A stretch of DNA of 64,000 nt from Anaerolineae bacterium (GTDB lineage: Bacteria > Chloroflexota > Anaerolineae > UBA1429), in NCBI GenBank assembly GCA_963675785.1, contig OY776562.1, forward strand, positions 1,216,001 through 1,280,000, written 5' to 3'. Shown in pieces: positions 1 to 10,000 of this stretch. Below the pieces are notes generated by a model. It was not told the origin of the DNA. It saw only the letters and a program-made list of their open reading frames with translations, and searched no databases. Within the stretch, counting starts at the first letter, position 1. Each line of letters starts with the position of its first letter. Made by a program: the position numbers and the translations under genes.

Positions 1-868
1 TGTCTACAAAGGAGAATAGCCCACCGTACTCCTTATCCCAGCCCCACTCTAGCGACCATTCGAGGATTTGTAGCGCATTCAATAGCATGTGGTCATCATG
101 ACTGCGGCGCGCTTCTTCCATGAGAAACCAGGATGTCTCGATAGCATGGCCTGGGTTGATGCAGCGCCCCAGTGGCCCCTCCAGCAGAGCGCCCTCGGGT
201 GAGACTGTCTCAAACAGTGCGTGTTCTTCCGGATGCACAAAGTGGGACACGATCTCATCAGCACATTCGCGGATAACCTGTTCATAAAGTGGATCAGGAT
301 CAACCCGTAAAAGCTCTTGGCTGGTGGCAATGAGAATCATGGGCATAGCGTGGCCCTTGGTGGGCCTGACTTCAGGATTGATCTTTGGATCCAACAAGCC
401 CGGAACACGGTGGTAACGCAACACAAGGCGGTAGAGCTTGCGAGCGCGGTCAAGTGCCTCCTCATCGCCAGCGGCCAAAGCATATTCGCAGCAAGCGATG
501 GTGGCAAAGGATTCGGTGAACAAGTAGCGGCGTTTGCGCAGAGGTTGCCCCTTGCGCGTCATCCAAAAGAACAGGCGGCCGTCTTCATCGAAACCATGCT
601 GTGTCAAAAAACGATAACCGCTGGCCGCCGCCTCGAACCATTCGGACCGCTGTTCGACGCTGTTATACAATCGGGCGTACAGCCAGGTGCCGCGACCCTG
701 CATCCACATGGCCTTGTCGGTGCCGTAACGTGTCCCATCGCGATCTAGTTGGGTGATGAACCCGTCATACTCACGATCCAGGCCGTATTTTAACCAGAAT
801 GGAGCAACATCATCCAGCAAAGCAGCCTTATAAAGTTGGCTCAATTCGTTGAGGCGTTCGTCTCGCAT
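1..868 (-). CDS. N-acylglucosamine 2-epimerase (AGE family), runs off the window start
   Basis: Not in ORF track; manual translation from ATG 868 (AGAAGGA upstream): MRDERLNELSQLYKAALLDDVAPFWLKYGLDREYDGFITQLDRDG...WMQGR...NPGHAIETSWF...GWDKEYGGLFSFVD; open to window edge. Confidence 0.85.
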   Translation of the reverse strand, partial: MRDERLNELSQLYKAALLDDVAPFWLKYGLDREYDGFITQLDRDGTRYGTDKAMWMQGRGTWLYARLYNSVEQRSEWFEAAASGYRFLTQHGFDEDGRLFFWMTRKGQPLRKRRYLFTESFATIACCEYALAAGDEEALDRARKLYRLVLRYHRVPGLLDPKINPEVRPTKGHAMPMILIATSQELLRVDPDPLYEQVIRECADEIVSHFVHPEEHALFETVSPEGALLEGPLGRCINPGHAIETSWFLMEEARRSHDDHMLLNALQILEWSLEWGWDKEYGGLFSFVD

Positions 869-926
869 GAAATCATTCCTTCTCTATCTCTCATACCAGT
901 AGATCTCGTGTCATCGCCTTGATAGG

Positions 927-1937
927 CTATCCTTCGTACTGCCGTTTCAAAATCCGCATTGCTCTAAGCGTAATCCATTTGCTCTGTTCGCTTTTTTGCC
1001 CCATGGGTATTAAAAGCCGATCGCTATTGTAGGTATTCTCGATTCTCCATCTGCCCATGTTATCCTGTTTAGACCTGACGAGGTCTAGGGCCTCGCCCAT
1101 GCGGCTATCATTTATGCCGAGCCCGGTCAAGATATCCAGTATTTCCAGCACATCGGTTTGATACATCAAGGGAAAACCGAATTTGAGCCAACCGGGCTTT
1201 GAAGTCCGATTTAGATTATGACTGCGCCTATAAATATGGTGGATTAGCATAAACTCTGCGGCTTTGGCTATTGTATCTTTGACCGCTTGTGTCCTTCTCT
1301 CCTCCGGTATGGCGCTTGATGCTTTGAGCACCTTGACCACGCCCATATGACAAGTATGTTTGCCCCAACACATTTCGTAGCGGTCATACGGCGGGGCCTG
1401 AAGCACGTCCTCAACACCGTCGTTAAAGCGCATATAATGGGTGATCCAGTCAATACCTTTTTGCACTCTTGGATCATCGAGATAACCAAAGCGTATCAGA
1501 CTCCATACCATATTCCCGGTTAGGCATGGGATGACTTCGGTTTTCCTTCCGCCGCCCTTTTTCACGGCAGTATGCATGGAAAATCCGCCGTCCTCGGTTT
1601 CCTGCGAATTGCTGAGTATGTACTCACATTGCTCTCGAATTTGTGGATTGGTCTCAGCGCCCAACTCTGCGAGCACGATCAACGACCACACAAGCCCTTT
1701 GTACTTGTATGTGTAAAATCGAGGATAGGCCTGAAGGTACGCAAGTTCCTTTTGTTTTCCAAGAATATCGGGCACATTGCCGGATTGCATGATCTCATAT
1801 TTGGCTTGTTGTACTGCTGGATCGTGTTCGGGTTTGTCCAAAATATCCGTTAACGTAAAATACCGCACCGAAGGGTTTTCTTCTTCCAACAACCAATTCG
1901 TGGGGTCTGCTTTGAGCATAGCTTTCCAATCGCTCAT
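927..1937 (-). CDS. Prenyltransferase/squalene-oxidase-repeat (alpha/alpha barrel) family protein
   Basis: Start MSDWKAMLKADPTNWLLEEENPSVRY after AAGGAG; QxxDGGF, FGFPLMYQTDVLE, KQDNMGRW, SKWITLRAMR motifs. Confidence 0.65.
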   Translation of the reverse strand: MSDWKAMLKADPTNWLLEEENPSVRYFTLTDILDKPEHDPAVQQAKYEIMQSGNVPDILGKQKELAYLQAYPRFYTYKYKGLVWSLIVLAELGAETNPQIREQCEYILSNSQETEDGGFSMHTAVKKGGGRKTEVIPCLTGNMVWSLIRFGYLDDPRVQKGIDWITHYMRFNDGVEDVLQAPPYDRYEMCWGKHTCHMGVVKVLKASSAIPEERRTQAVKDTIAKAAEFMLIHHIYRRSHNLNRTSKPGWLKFGFPLMYQTDVLEILDILTGLGINDSRMGEALDLVRSKQDNMGRWRIENTYNSDRLLIPMGQKSEQSKWITLRAMRILKRQYEG

Positions 1938-2102
1938 CTTTTCTCCTTTAGGCGATGAACATGGAATGATGCTGATGCAGTTATCCGTATGTACAAGAGT
2001 ATAGAATTGCCTGGGGTATGCTGCAACCGCTTGAACCGCAACCGGGATTCGCCTAGAATGGCGCCCATACTTGATTGCCAAATGTGGAGATAAAGCACGT
2101 AA

Positions 2103-3167
2103 ATGAAAACAACCACTGAAATGCATCCCATGCATACAATACCGGGTTATTATTCGAGCATGCCAGGCATTCAAATCGGCACCCAGCTTGCTGAGGACGC
2201 AGACGAAGAACAGTTGGCTCTGGCCAGGCAGTTGGGCATTGAATGGGTGATGACTACGGTACACCGCCTGGAAGATCAGAATGCGGCACACTATCGGCAG
2301 GTTGTAGAACGCTTTGCTTCATACGGGCTCAAGATCTATCGATTGGCTAACCATAGCTGCCACAACATGGAGGCCATTACGCTCAAGCTGCCCAATCGTC
2401 AGGAGAAAATGGACGAGTATCTGGCGTATATTCGCAATCTGGGTGAAGCAGGCATCCATTATTCCACCTATGCCCACATGGCTAACGGCATCTGGAGCAC
2501 AGAAGCTGAGGAAATTCGCGGCGGAGCCATGGCCCGTGCTTTGCGGTTGGACAAGGCCGATTCGGGGTATTGGATCGACAAGACCTGGCATACACCATTG
2601 AGCCACGGCCGCCTTTATACTTGTGAAGAGTTGTGGGACAATTATCGCTGGTTCATGGAACGCGTGGTGCCTGTCGCTGAGGATGCTGGTGTCTACATTG
2701 GCGTGCATCCCGATGATCCGCCAGTTTATCCCCTAGCTGGTATTCCCCGCTGTATATTTGGTAGTTTTGAGGGGTATCGGCAGGCGCTGGAATTCGCCGA
2801 TAGCCCCAACATCGGCATGTGCCTGTGCGTGGGCTGCTGGTTGGAAGGGGGTGAACAGATGGGCAAGAGCGTGACCGAAACCATCCGCTACTTTGGTTCT
2901 CGCAACAGGTTATTCAAAGTGCATTTTCGTAATGTTACCGCCCCACTGCCTGAAGGATTTCGTGAGACCTTTCTTGACAATGGTTATTGTGACATGGTTG
3001 ACGTCATGACAGCCCTGCATGAGGTAGGATTTGATGGGGCTGTGATTTCGGATCACCTGCCTCGCCAGATGGCCGGTGGAAGAACTGCTGCAGAATCCTA
3101 CAGCATCGGTTATATTCGCGGACTGCTGCAATCTATCGAACGCCGTACGGACACCCGTCCCTGCTAG
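2103..3167 (+). CDS. uxuA: Mannonate dehydratase (UxuA)-like protein
   Basis: LWDNYRWFMERVVPVAEDAGVYIGVHPDDPP, VHFRNV, F.ETFLDNG, SDH, YSIGYIRGL motifs. Confidence 0.75.
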   Translation: MKTTTEMHPMHTIPGYYSSMPGIQIGTQLAEDADEEQLALARQLGIEWVMTTVHRLEDQNAAHYRQVVERFASYGLKIYRLANHSCHNMEAITLKLPNRQEKMDEYLAYIRNLGEAGIHYSTYAHMANGIWSTEAEEIRGGAMARALRLDKADSGYWIDKTWHTPLSHGRLYTCEELWDNYRWFMERVVPVAEDAGVYIGVHPDDPPVYPLAGIPRCIFGSFEGYRQALEFADSPNIGMCLCVGCWLEGGEQMGKSVTETIRYFGSRNRLFKVHFRNVTAPLPEGFRETFLDNGYCDMVDVMTALHEVGFDGAVISDHLPRQMAGGRTAAESYSIGYIRGLLQSIERRTDTRPC

Positions 3168-3206
3168 TCATTGCAGCTACTTTTACGTTCTATGGAGAAG
3201 AGAGAC

Positions 3207-3788
3207 ATGAATATCGAAATACGTAGATTGGCTCCTGCGTTAATCAATGATTATCTATACTTTTTTGAAAATGTGGCTTATTCAGACAACAAAGAATGGG
3301 ATCGCTGTTATTGTGTGGGTTATTGCAGTGATGCTAATGCAGGAAATGATTTCTCATCTGCTCAAGTACGAAGAGATTATGCTATCCAGTACGTGGAGTC
3401 TGGGAAAATACAAGGATACTTGGCATATTGCGATGGTCAGGTTGTTGGATGGTGCAATGCCAATCGCAAATCGGACTGTTTGAAATGCGGCGGATGGAAA
3501 TTCACTGTGGGAAATGTTGAGTGGCTCGATGTCGGTCAAGTAAAATCCATATTCTGCTTTACAGTCGCTCCCGCTATGCGAAGGCAGGGCATTGCTACAC
3601 AACTTTTGAGCCGTGTCTGTCAGGATGCGGCAGACGAAGGCTTTGACTATATTGAGGCTTATCCCAACAAAGTCTACACCAATATGTATTATGACTATGT
3701 AGGACCTTTGGGGCTATATAAGAAATTCGGATTCGTTTTGAGCGGGGAAACAGAACAAAGATTAGTCATGCAAAAGCATCTAAAATGA
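3207..3788 (+). CDS. GNAT family N-acetyltransferase
   Basis: CYC motif, VVGWC, CFTVAPAMRRQGIATQLL acetyl-CoA motif A, IEAYP, LYKKFGF; ATG 3207 after GGAG. Confidence 0.85.
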   Translation: MNIEIRRLAPALINDYLYFFENVAYSDNKEWDRCYCVGYCSDANAGNDFSSAQVRRDYAIQYVESGKIQGYLAYCDGQVVGWCNANRKSDCLKCGGWKFTVGNVEWLDVGQVKSIFCFTVAPAMRRQGIATQLLSRVCQDAADEGFDYIEAYPNKVYTNMYYDYVGPLGLYKKFGFVLSGETEQRLVMQKHLK

Positions 3789-3901
3789 CTTTTCTATGAT
3801 CCGCAGTTTGGCAAAAAGCAAGCTGTTACGTAAACTCGGCGCATCACGTATCGAGCAGGCCAGCGAGAAGAGCGGTCTGCATCTTTGGAGGAGAAACCAT
3901 T

Positions 3902-4594
3902 GTGAATGCCTTGCTTATCTGCAGCGAGCCAGATGAATCTGCTCTGCTTAGCTATGCATTACACAGAACAGGCCTCTCTACCACCACCATTGACACTTTG
4001 GACCACGCCCCCGAAACGCTGCGTTCTGCTCGTTTCGATATGGTGCTTTCAGCAGCCAATCTGGATCCTGCTGAGGTTTGTCAGATCGTGCGAAAAGCGT
4101 CCGAAGCAGCCCTGGTGTTGTTGGTCTATACCCATCAAGAAGATAGCGCCGTGCATGCCCTGGAGGATGGCGCCGATCTGATTGTGATGCGCCCCTACAA
4201 CATGCGTTTGTTGATAGCCCAGTTCAAGGCGCTGCTACGTTGTTCACGATTGAGCACGGCCGCCGATCTTCCCCGATACAGTGTCGGCGCGCTTTCTCTC
4301 GATCCGACGACGCGCATGGTGCAAATTGAGGGACGCCAGCCGCGCCGCCTCACGCAGCTCGAGTTTCGCCTCTTGCATACGTTGATGATGGAGGAAGGCC
4401 GGACAGTAACTAGCGGTTCTATCGTAGAACGCGTTTGGGGATTTGATGGCGCTGGTGGTATGGAGCTGGTTCGAGGATTGGTGCGCCGGCTGCGAGCCAA
4501 GGTCGAGGCCGATCCGCGACATCCCAGGCTTGTTCTAACCGAGCCGGGCATTGGCTATCGCTTGGATACATCCAGCCTGCGTCCGCCTCAATAA
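3902..4594 (+). CDS. OmpR/PhoB-family response regulator with degenerate receiver domain
   Basis: Winged-helix C-terminus LTQLEFRLL...VWG...VRRLRAKVEADPRHPRLVLTEPGIGY; receiver fold ALEDGAD..RPY but phospho-Asp not evident. Confidence 0.85.
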   Translation: MNALLICSEPDESALLSYALHRTGLSTTTIDTLDHAPETLRSARFDMVLSAANLDPAEVCQIVRKASEAALVLLVYTHQEDSAVHALEDGADLIVMRPYNMRLLIAQFKALLRCSRLSTAADLPRYSVGALSLDPTTRMVQIEGRQPRRLTQLEFRLLHTLMMEEGRTVTSGSIVERVWGFDGAGGMELVRGLVRRLRAKVEADPRHPRLVLTEPGIGYRLDTSSLRPPQ

Positions 4595-4764
4595 ACTGAA
4601 TATTATGTCAATTATTGGCAATTTGACACATATTTGCCACGCAGAATTGCAAATTGGTACGCCCGGCGTCACGAAAATTGCACCGATTTTGCACACAATC
4701 ATGCTATTCTTCCAGCGTCGATGCCAGTTGTTACTGGTGCCTTTGTGCGTTTGGAGGAAACGCA

Positions 4765-4944
4765 ATGCCTACCACTATTTGTCCGGGTTGTGATTACGAG
4801 TTTTCGATTTCGAGGCCCCGCCTCGGCCAGAAGGTACGCTGCCCTGGCTGTGATGCACAGCTTGAAGTCGTGTATCTGGACCCGCTTGAGGTCGACTGGA
4901 TTGAGGATGAGTACGAAGATTGGGACGAAGACGAAGACGAATAG
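4765..4944 (+). CDS. LysW/ArgW-like zinc-ribbon amino-group carrier protein (59 aa)
   Basis: GGAGGA RBS; CPGC-x17-CPGC, LEVVYLDPLEV, acidic tail EDWDEDEDE. Confidence 0.7.
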   Translation: MPTTICPGCDYEFSISRPRLGQKVRCPGCDAQLEVVYLDPLEVDWIEDEYEDWDEDEDE

Positions 4945-4980
4945 TCCTGTGAAGCGTGCCGGGTTATAGCACACATAGAG

Positions 4981-5020
4981 GAACCGGATGAGACAATCGC
5001 CTCATCCGGTTCTTTCTTTA
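4981..5020. terminator. Intrinsic terminator between convergent genes
   Basis: 12-bp stem GAACCGGATGAG/CTCATCCGGTTC followed by TTTCTTT. Confidence 0.8.
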
Positions 5021-5035
5021 TAGTTTTGCGAGAGG

Positions 5036-5557
5036 CTATAAAAGGTCAACCAAATACTTGTGTATCAATTGCTGAAAGACCACCAGACCCATTACACCAG
5101 CCACCGCAGTGAGGGCGTGCAGCCAGGTTTCTGCCTGAATGACTGCGCCACCACCAAGTACAAGAGATAGCGCCATGCCGGCTGCGGGCGGATGCTCAAG
5201 GTTCAGCACAGCCATGCCCAAGACGGCAGCTGAAACGCCTATGCCACCAAAAACTGCCGACACCCAGCCGCCTTCCCAGGCATCGGCGCTGAATGGAAGA
5301 GAATCGGCGACAAGCAGAGCTAACATGCCTGAAAGAATGCCAATCGCATAGCCCCCCAGCACGTTTTGCGGCCGAGCTACCTGGCGCGATGGCATGACAA
5401 ACAGGATAAAGGCACTAGCCCCTAATGAGGCAACTACGGCAGGATCACCGATTACATCCAGCGCAAGTATAACCGCCATGACCGAAAGACCGGCCAGCAA
5501 ACTCTGCAATACATAGCGTTTACCATGGCCTTTTAAAACACTATCAAACCGCTTCAA
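5036..5557 (-). CDS. HPP family membrane protein
   Basis: SLGASAFILF, A.PQNVLGG and EHPPAAG motifs; multiple hydrophobic helices. Confidence 0.85.
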   Translation of the reverse strand: MKRFDSVLKGHGKRYVLQSLLAGLSVMAVILALDVIGDPAVVASLGASAFILFVMPSRQVARPQNVLGGYAIGILSGMLALLVADSLPFSADAWEGGWVSAVFGGIGVSAAVLGMAVLNLEHPPAAGMALSLVLGGGAVIQAETWLHALTAVAGVMGLVVFQQLIHKYLVDLL

Positions 5558-5569
5558 AACGCGCCTCCG

Positions 5570-6904
5570 CTAGTCCATTTCGGCAGCCGCTTCGCGCTGT
5601 CGCGTTTCTTTGTCTTGTTCAGACCTCAGGGCCCACAGACGGCTTGCCTCTGGCTCTTCAACCATGCTGTAGGTCAACCGATCACCTTCGCGAACATCGA
5701 CAATCAGGCGCACATTCTCCGCTAGCGAAGCTGGCAAGAGGTCTTCTTCCAAGGCTGCCGATGCTTCAACCAGTTCGCCGCGTATGCCAAGGCTGCCCAT
5801 TCCTTCGAGGATACTTCCTGCTTCAAGGTCGGTCTTGGCAACAGCGATGACATCGGCGCAACGCACATCACGCGGTGCACCGGTGGCTGTGCCACAAAGC
5901 GCTGCCTTGATGACAGACATGTTGGCTTCGCCTCCACAGAGATGATGCGGCCGATACAGCACACCATACGCGTGGTCTTCAGTTGTAAAAGTCATGTAGC
6001 GCTTCATATAATCACGATCTGCTTCAGGCAAGGCCACAACGATCCATGTGCCGTTTACCAGGCGCGATTCGATAAGGGTGATGCCGTCTGCATCAAGGCA
6101 ATCAACAGCATCGATAACGCCTTCGCGATGCAGCGATCCTCCCTCTGTTTGGGGGCGAAAATACCCCGGAATCTCTGAGAGGGACGCTGTTGGCAGATGA
6201 GGACCACCGATATCTGGGCGTAGACCGGTGGCATTAGCCACAGAGCACAGTTCCACGTAGGTCTTGGTTCCATCATCATATTCCCGGTCTTGTCGCCGTT
6301 CGCTGGGCTGCTCTTGCATGCGTACAGCGCGGTGATGCGGGTAAAAACGTGTACCCTTGCCAGCCGCCATCACCCTAAAGCCAAGGGTGCGAGCCCAGGC
6401 GATGAATTCGGTGAGATTGCCCGGCTGGTCACCATCAGCAATGGTGTATACGACGCCGGCTCGGTCTGCACGTTGGCGCAGTACTGTCCCAACGGTGCAA
6501 TCTGTCTCGACAGTAACCATGACAATATGTTTGCCATAGTCGATAGCCATCTCTGCCACGCGTGCAGCAGTCTCGGGCAGACCAGTGGCTTCTACAACAA
6601 CATCTACACTGGATTGGCAAGCAACACTCAGATACTCGGTAACGACGGCTTTGCCCTGGCAGATAGCTGCATTGGCCTCTTCAACTGTACTAACGACTAC
6701 AATATCGGCACTGTCTCTTCCTGCAGCAAGAAAGGTTTGTGCGGCCCGTTCAGTATTCAGATCAGAGATGATCGCAGGATACAATCCGCGAATGCGGTGC
6801 GCACGGAGCTGCATACCACGGCCAAAATCGCCCGAACCTACCCAACTGATACGAACTGGTTGGCCAGACAAGTCGCGTTCGGCGAGCTCGTCGCAGAGAA
6901 TCAT
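5570..6904 (-). CDS. NAD(P)-dependent oxidoreductase, homoserine-dehydrogenase-like with C-terminal SAF domain
   Basis: GSGDFG Rossmann motif, VVVEATG, ADGDQPG, DGTKT, LYRPHHLCG, VAKTDLEAG SAF start; ATG 6904 with GGAGG. Confidence 0.8.
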   Translation of the reverse strand: MILCDELAERDLSGQPVRISWVGSGDFGRGMQLRAHRIRGLYPAIISDLNTERAAQTFLAAGRDSADIVVVSTVEEANAAICQGKAVVTEYLSVACQSSVDVVVEATGLPETAARVAEMAIDYGKHIVMVTVETDCTVGTVLRQRADRAGVVYTIADGDQPGNLTEFIAWARTLGFRVMAAGKGTRFYPHHRAVRMQEQPSERRQDREYDDGTKTYVELCSVANATGLRPDIGGPHLPTASLSEIPGYFRPQTEGGSLHREGVIDAVDCLDADGITLIESRLVNGTWIVVALPEADRDYMKRYMTFTTEDHAYGVLYRPHHLCGGEANMSVIKAALCGTATGAPRDVRCADVIAVAKTDLEAGSILEGMGSLGIRGELVEASAALEEDLLPASLAENVRLIVDVREGDRLTYSMVEEPEASRLWALRSEQDKETRQREAAAEMD

Positions 6905-7058
6905 TGGGGTCCCTCCATCAATCGTAAGGCTCACTAATGCAAGATAGTTAATCATTGATCTGTTGGCATTATAAGCTACATGGTGCAAAGGTTCTAGAGC
7001 GGCATTCCCTTCCTTCGCAGATGTTAGGAAATTGTAATAGCACGCAGCTGCGCATTTC

Positions 7059-10000
7059 TTATACCTGTGTAGCCCCTGCCCCGGCCTGGCGCACCTGATC
7101 CAGGCTCAACATCACTAGCGCAGGACCGGGGCGTAAGAAACAGAGCCAGGCCTCCACATCCTGATCAAGCAGATATGCTGCTGCTGCAGCATAGGCGTCG
7201 AGTTTGGCGCAATAGTCGTTCCTGGAACTCGCCAACAGGCTTTCATAGGTCTCTCCCGGCGCGAGTCGGTCGGTTTTGAACTCGACGATGTGCCAGCGCC
7301 CATCCTCTTGGAACATCAAGTCAACAATGCCCAATTCATGATCACCTTTACCAGTCATTGTTGATGGTATAGCATAGGCAACTTCATGCTCTCGGCGCGA
7401 GGCCATGGATACCCGGTGATGCAGTTCAGAGGACAAATAGGCATCAAGAATGGCACGAGCCTGACTGGCCAATTTGCTAATTGCACTATTGTCGATGACG
7501 CCATAGGTATGCGCACGCTGCTCAATAAAGGTCGACATATCCGGACGATTGTTTGGTAATTCATAGACCCAGCCAGCGATGGCATCATGCACAATAGCTC
7601 CCAGAGCCCAGGCGTTGGGCTTTTCGCCTCTTTCATAGACCACTCGCCAAGTTTTAGGCGGTGGACTTTGCTCTTCCTCGGCGCTCTTTTCGTCAATCTG
7701 AGGTACAACGCCATGGATCGAGCCCAGCAGCGGTGGTTTTCCACGGCAAATAGCAGGATTGGCTGCAGATTTGTGCGCTGGCAACCGCAAGACGCACTCG
7801 CTACCATAGAGCGTGACCAACACCTCTGTTCCGCGGCATACAAGGGTCTCTGAGCGCATGCCCTCAGGAGCATCCTTGGCTTCTTTGAAGAGGTCACTCA
7901 AGCCGTCGAGTTCGGCCGTCAACATGCCAAACCAGCATTTGTTGTTGATAGAGACAGTTGCCCCATTGACGATGAGCAGCTCACGGGCGCGTGTGGCTGC
8001 TACATACAAAAGTCGCTGGCTTTCGGCTGCATCCATATCACTCTGACGCTGGCATGCCGCCTCCCAAACAGCCCCATTTTTCTTGGCATCTTGCTCATCA
8101 GAGAGTTTGATTACTGGGCCAAAGCGATCGTCTATCAAAGGAGAGCGAATGCGGGTGTTGCTGTATCCTGCATCGCCGATGGCTACGACGGGGAACTCGA
8201 GTCCCTTGGCGCCATGCACGCTCATCAATGTAATAGAGCCTTCCTCAATGGCTCGGGCTTCACCTTCGCGGGTGTCACTCTGTTTCAATTGATCGATGTG
8301 GCGCAGAAATCGCGAAAGATTAGTCAGGCCGCTGCTTTGAGCGTCACGCACCAACTTTTGCAGATTCCGTGCGCTACGTGCGCCGCCTGCCCGTTCCAAC
8401 GCAGCAAGATAACCGGTCTCTGCCAGAAAACGGCTGATCAGTTGATCGACCGGTACACGCCCTGCTTCCTGATGCAACGCATTGGTCAGCGCTAGACCAT
8501 ATTCCACGGCCGCACGATCGGCTGGTGAGAGCGGCGCCAGCAGTTCCTCGCGCCCCTTTACTTTTGCAAAGATTGTGATCAGAGGAACGCGAGGCTGGCT
8601 GTGAGTTGTATCCTTGTGCTTTCCATAGAGCCAAAACAGGGCCGCATCACTGGCGCCGATGGCCGGAGAGCGCAGCAGACCGCACAACGCTAGATCATCT
8701 GTTGGATCAGCAATGGCCGCCAGCGCATTCAAAAGGTCGCGAACTTCGGCGCGATCGTAAAAGCCTTTGCCCGCTACGGTGTAGAAAGGCAAGCCGGCCC
8801 GTTCAAAGGCATCCTCATAGGCCTCAAAGGCGTTGCCCGAACGGCAAAGTACGGCGATATCGCCATAGTTGAGAGGGCGCTCTTGGCCGTCTTCCTGAAT
8901 GGTATGATGGTCATCGTTCACCAGCTCGCTCAGTCGCAAAGCCAATGCATCAGCCGCGCGCGAATCGGCACCGCCACTCTTGGGGCCCACAACGATCTCC
9001 AGTTCAATATGTGGCGCATCAAAGCCTCCACCTGGTTCTTGACGATGGGCTATCAGGCCAGCAAAGGGCTCACGCCAGGGTCTGGCGGCATCGGCAGTCG
9101 TGCCAAGCACAGGCTCCAGCAAGGTATTGAGCGCTTTAACCAACGGTTGGTGGCCGCGATAGGACTCATTGAGGTCAACGACAAGACTGTTGCCATTGCT
9201 GGTCTGCCCGACAATGCTCTGGCGCAGTCCGCGGAATACGGCGACATCGGCGCCCCGAAAGGCATAGATGGACTGCTTGGCGTCTCCTACACAAAAGAGG
9301 CTGGTTCTTGGGCCGCAAAGCGCCTCTACCAGAGCTAACTGCGTGGCATTGGTATCCTGAAACTCGTCTACCAGCAGTGCCTTCACCTGATCCTGCCAAC
9401 GGACAGCTACAGTCTCGCTGTTCATGAGCAGGCGCAATGCATATTGTTCCAGATCGTCATAGTCGATAGCTCGCTGGCGTTCTTTGGTTGTGTTATACAA
9501 TTGGGCTGCCGTGCGATAAGCTTTGCGCAGGGCCGGCATGTGTTCAGCGAGCTGTCGATCCAGTTCGTTGAACTCTAGCGTCTCGATACTGGCTGTTCTG
9601 GCGATCTCGCGCATCGTTTTAAGTGCTTCTTTAATGGCGGAACAACTTTCTTTGCCGCCCCAGTTACCCTGACTTCCCCCCTGCAGGTTCACACTGGTGA
9701 GTGTCTCAAAGAGGCGAGACAGCATTTCTATATCATCGGGAAGATTGCCAGTGCAGGCCCGAGCAGCTACCCAAGCGGGGTAGAGTTTGTCGCCGGCATT
9801 GCTCGGTTCGATAGACCGCACCGTTTGGGCTGCCTCGTGCCACGCCGAAAGTGCGAGAATGCCCCTGACGCGCTCTTGCAACACGTTAGCCAGTGCCTCT
9901 TGCCAGGCTGTCTCGATTTCGGCAGTAGATTCGGGGAGACGATCGAAGGCATCGCGCACGCACTGTCCGCCGGTGAGCAAATCTTGAAGCAGTTGCAAAA

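Noticed and set aside
927-1937. NifH (label sometimes attached to this family)
   Set aside because: No P-loop GKGGIGKS or nitrogenase Fe-protein Cys motifs
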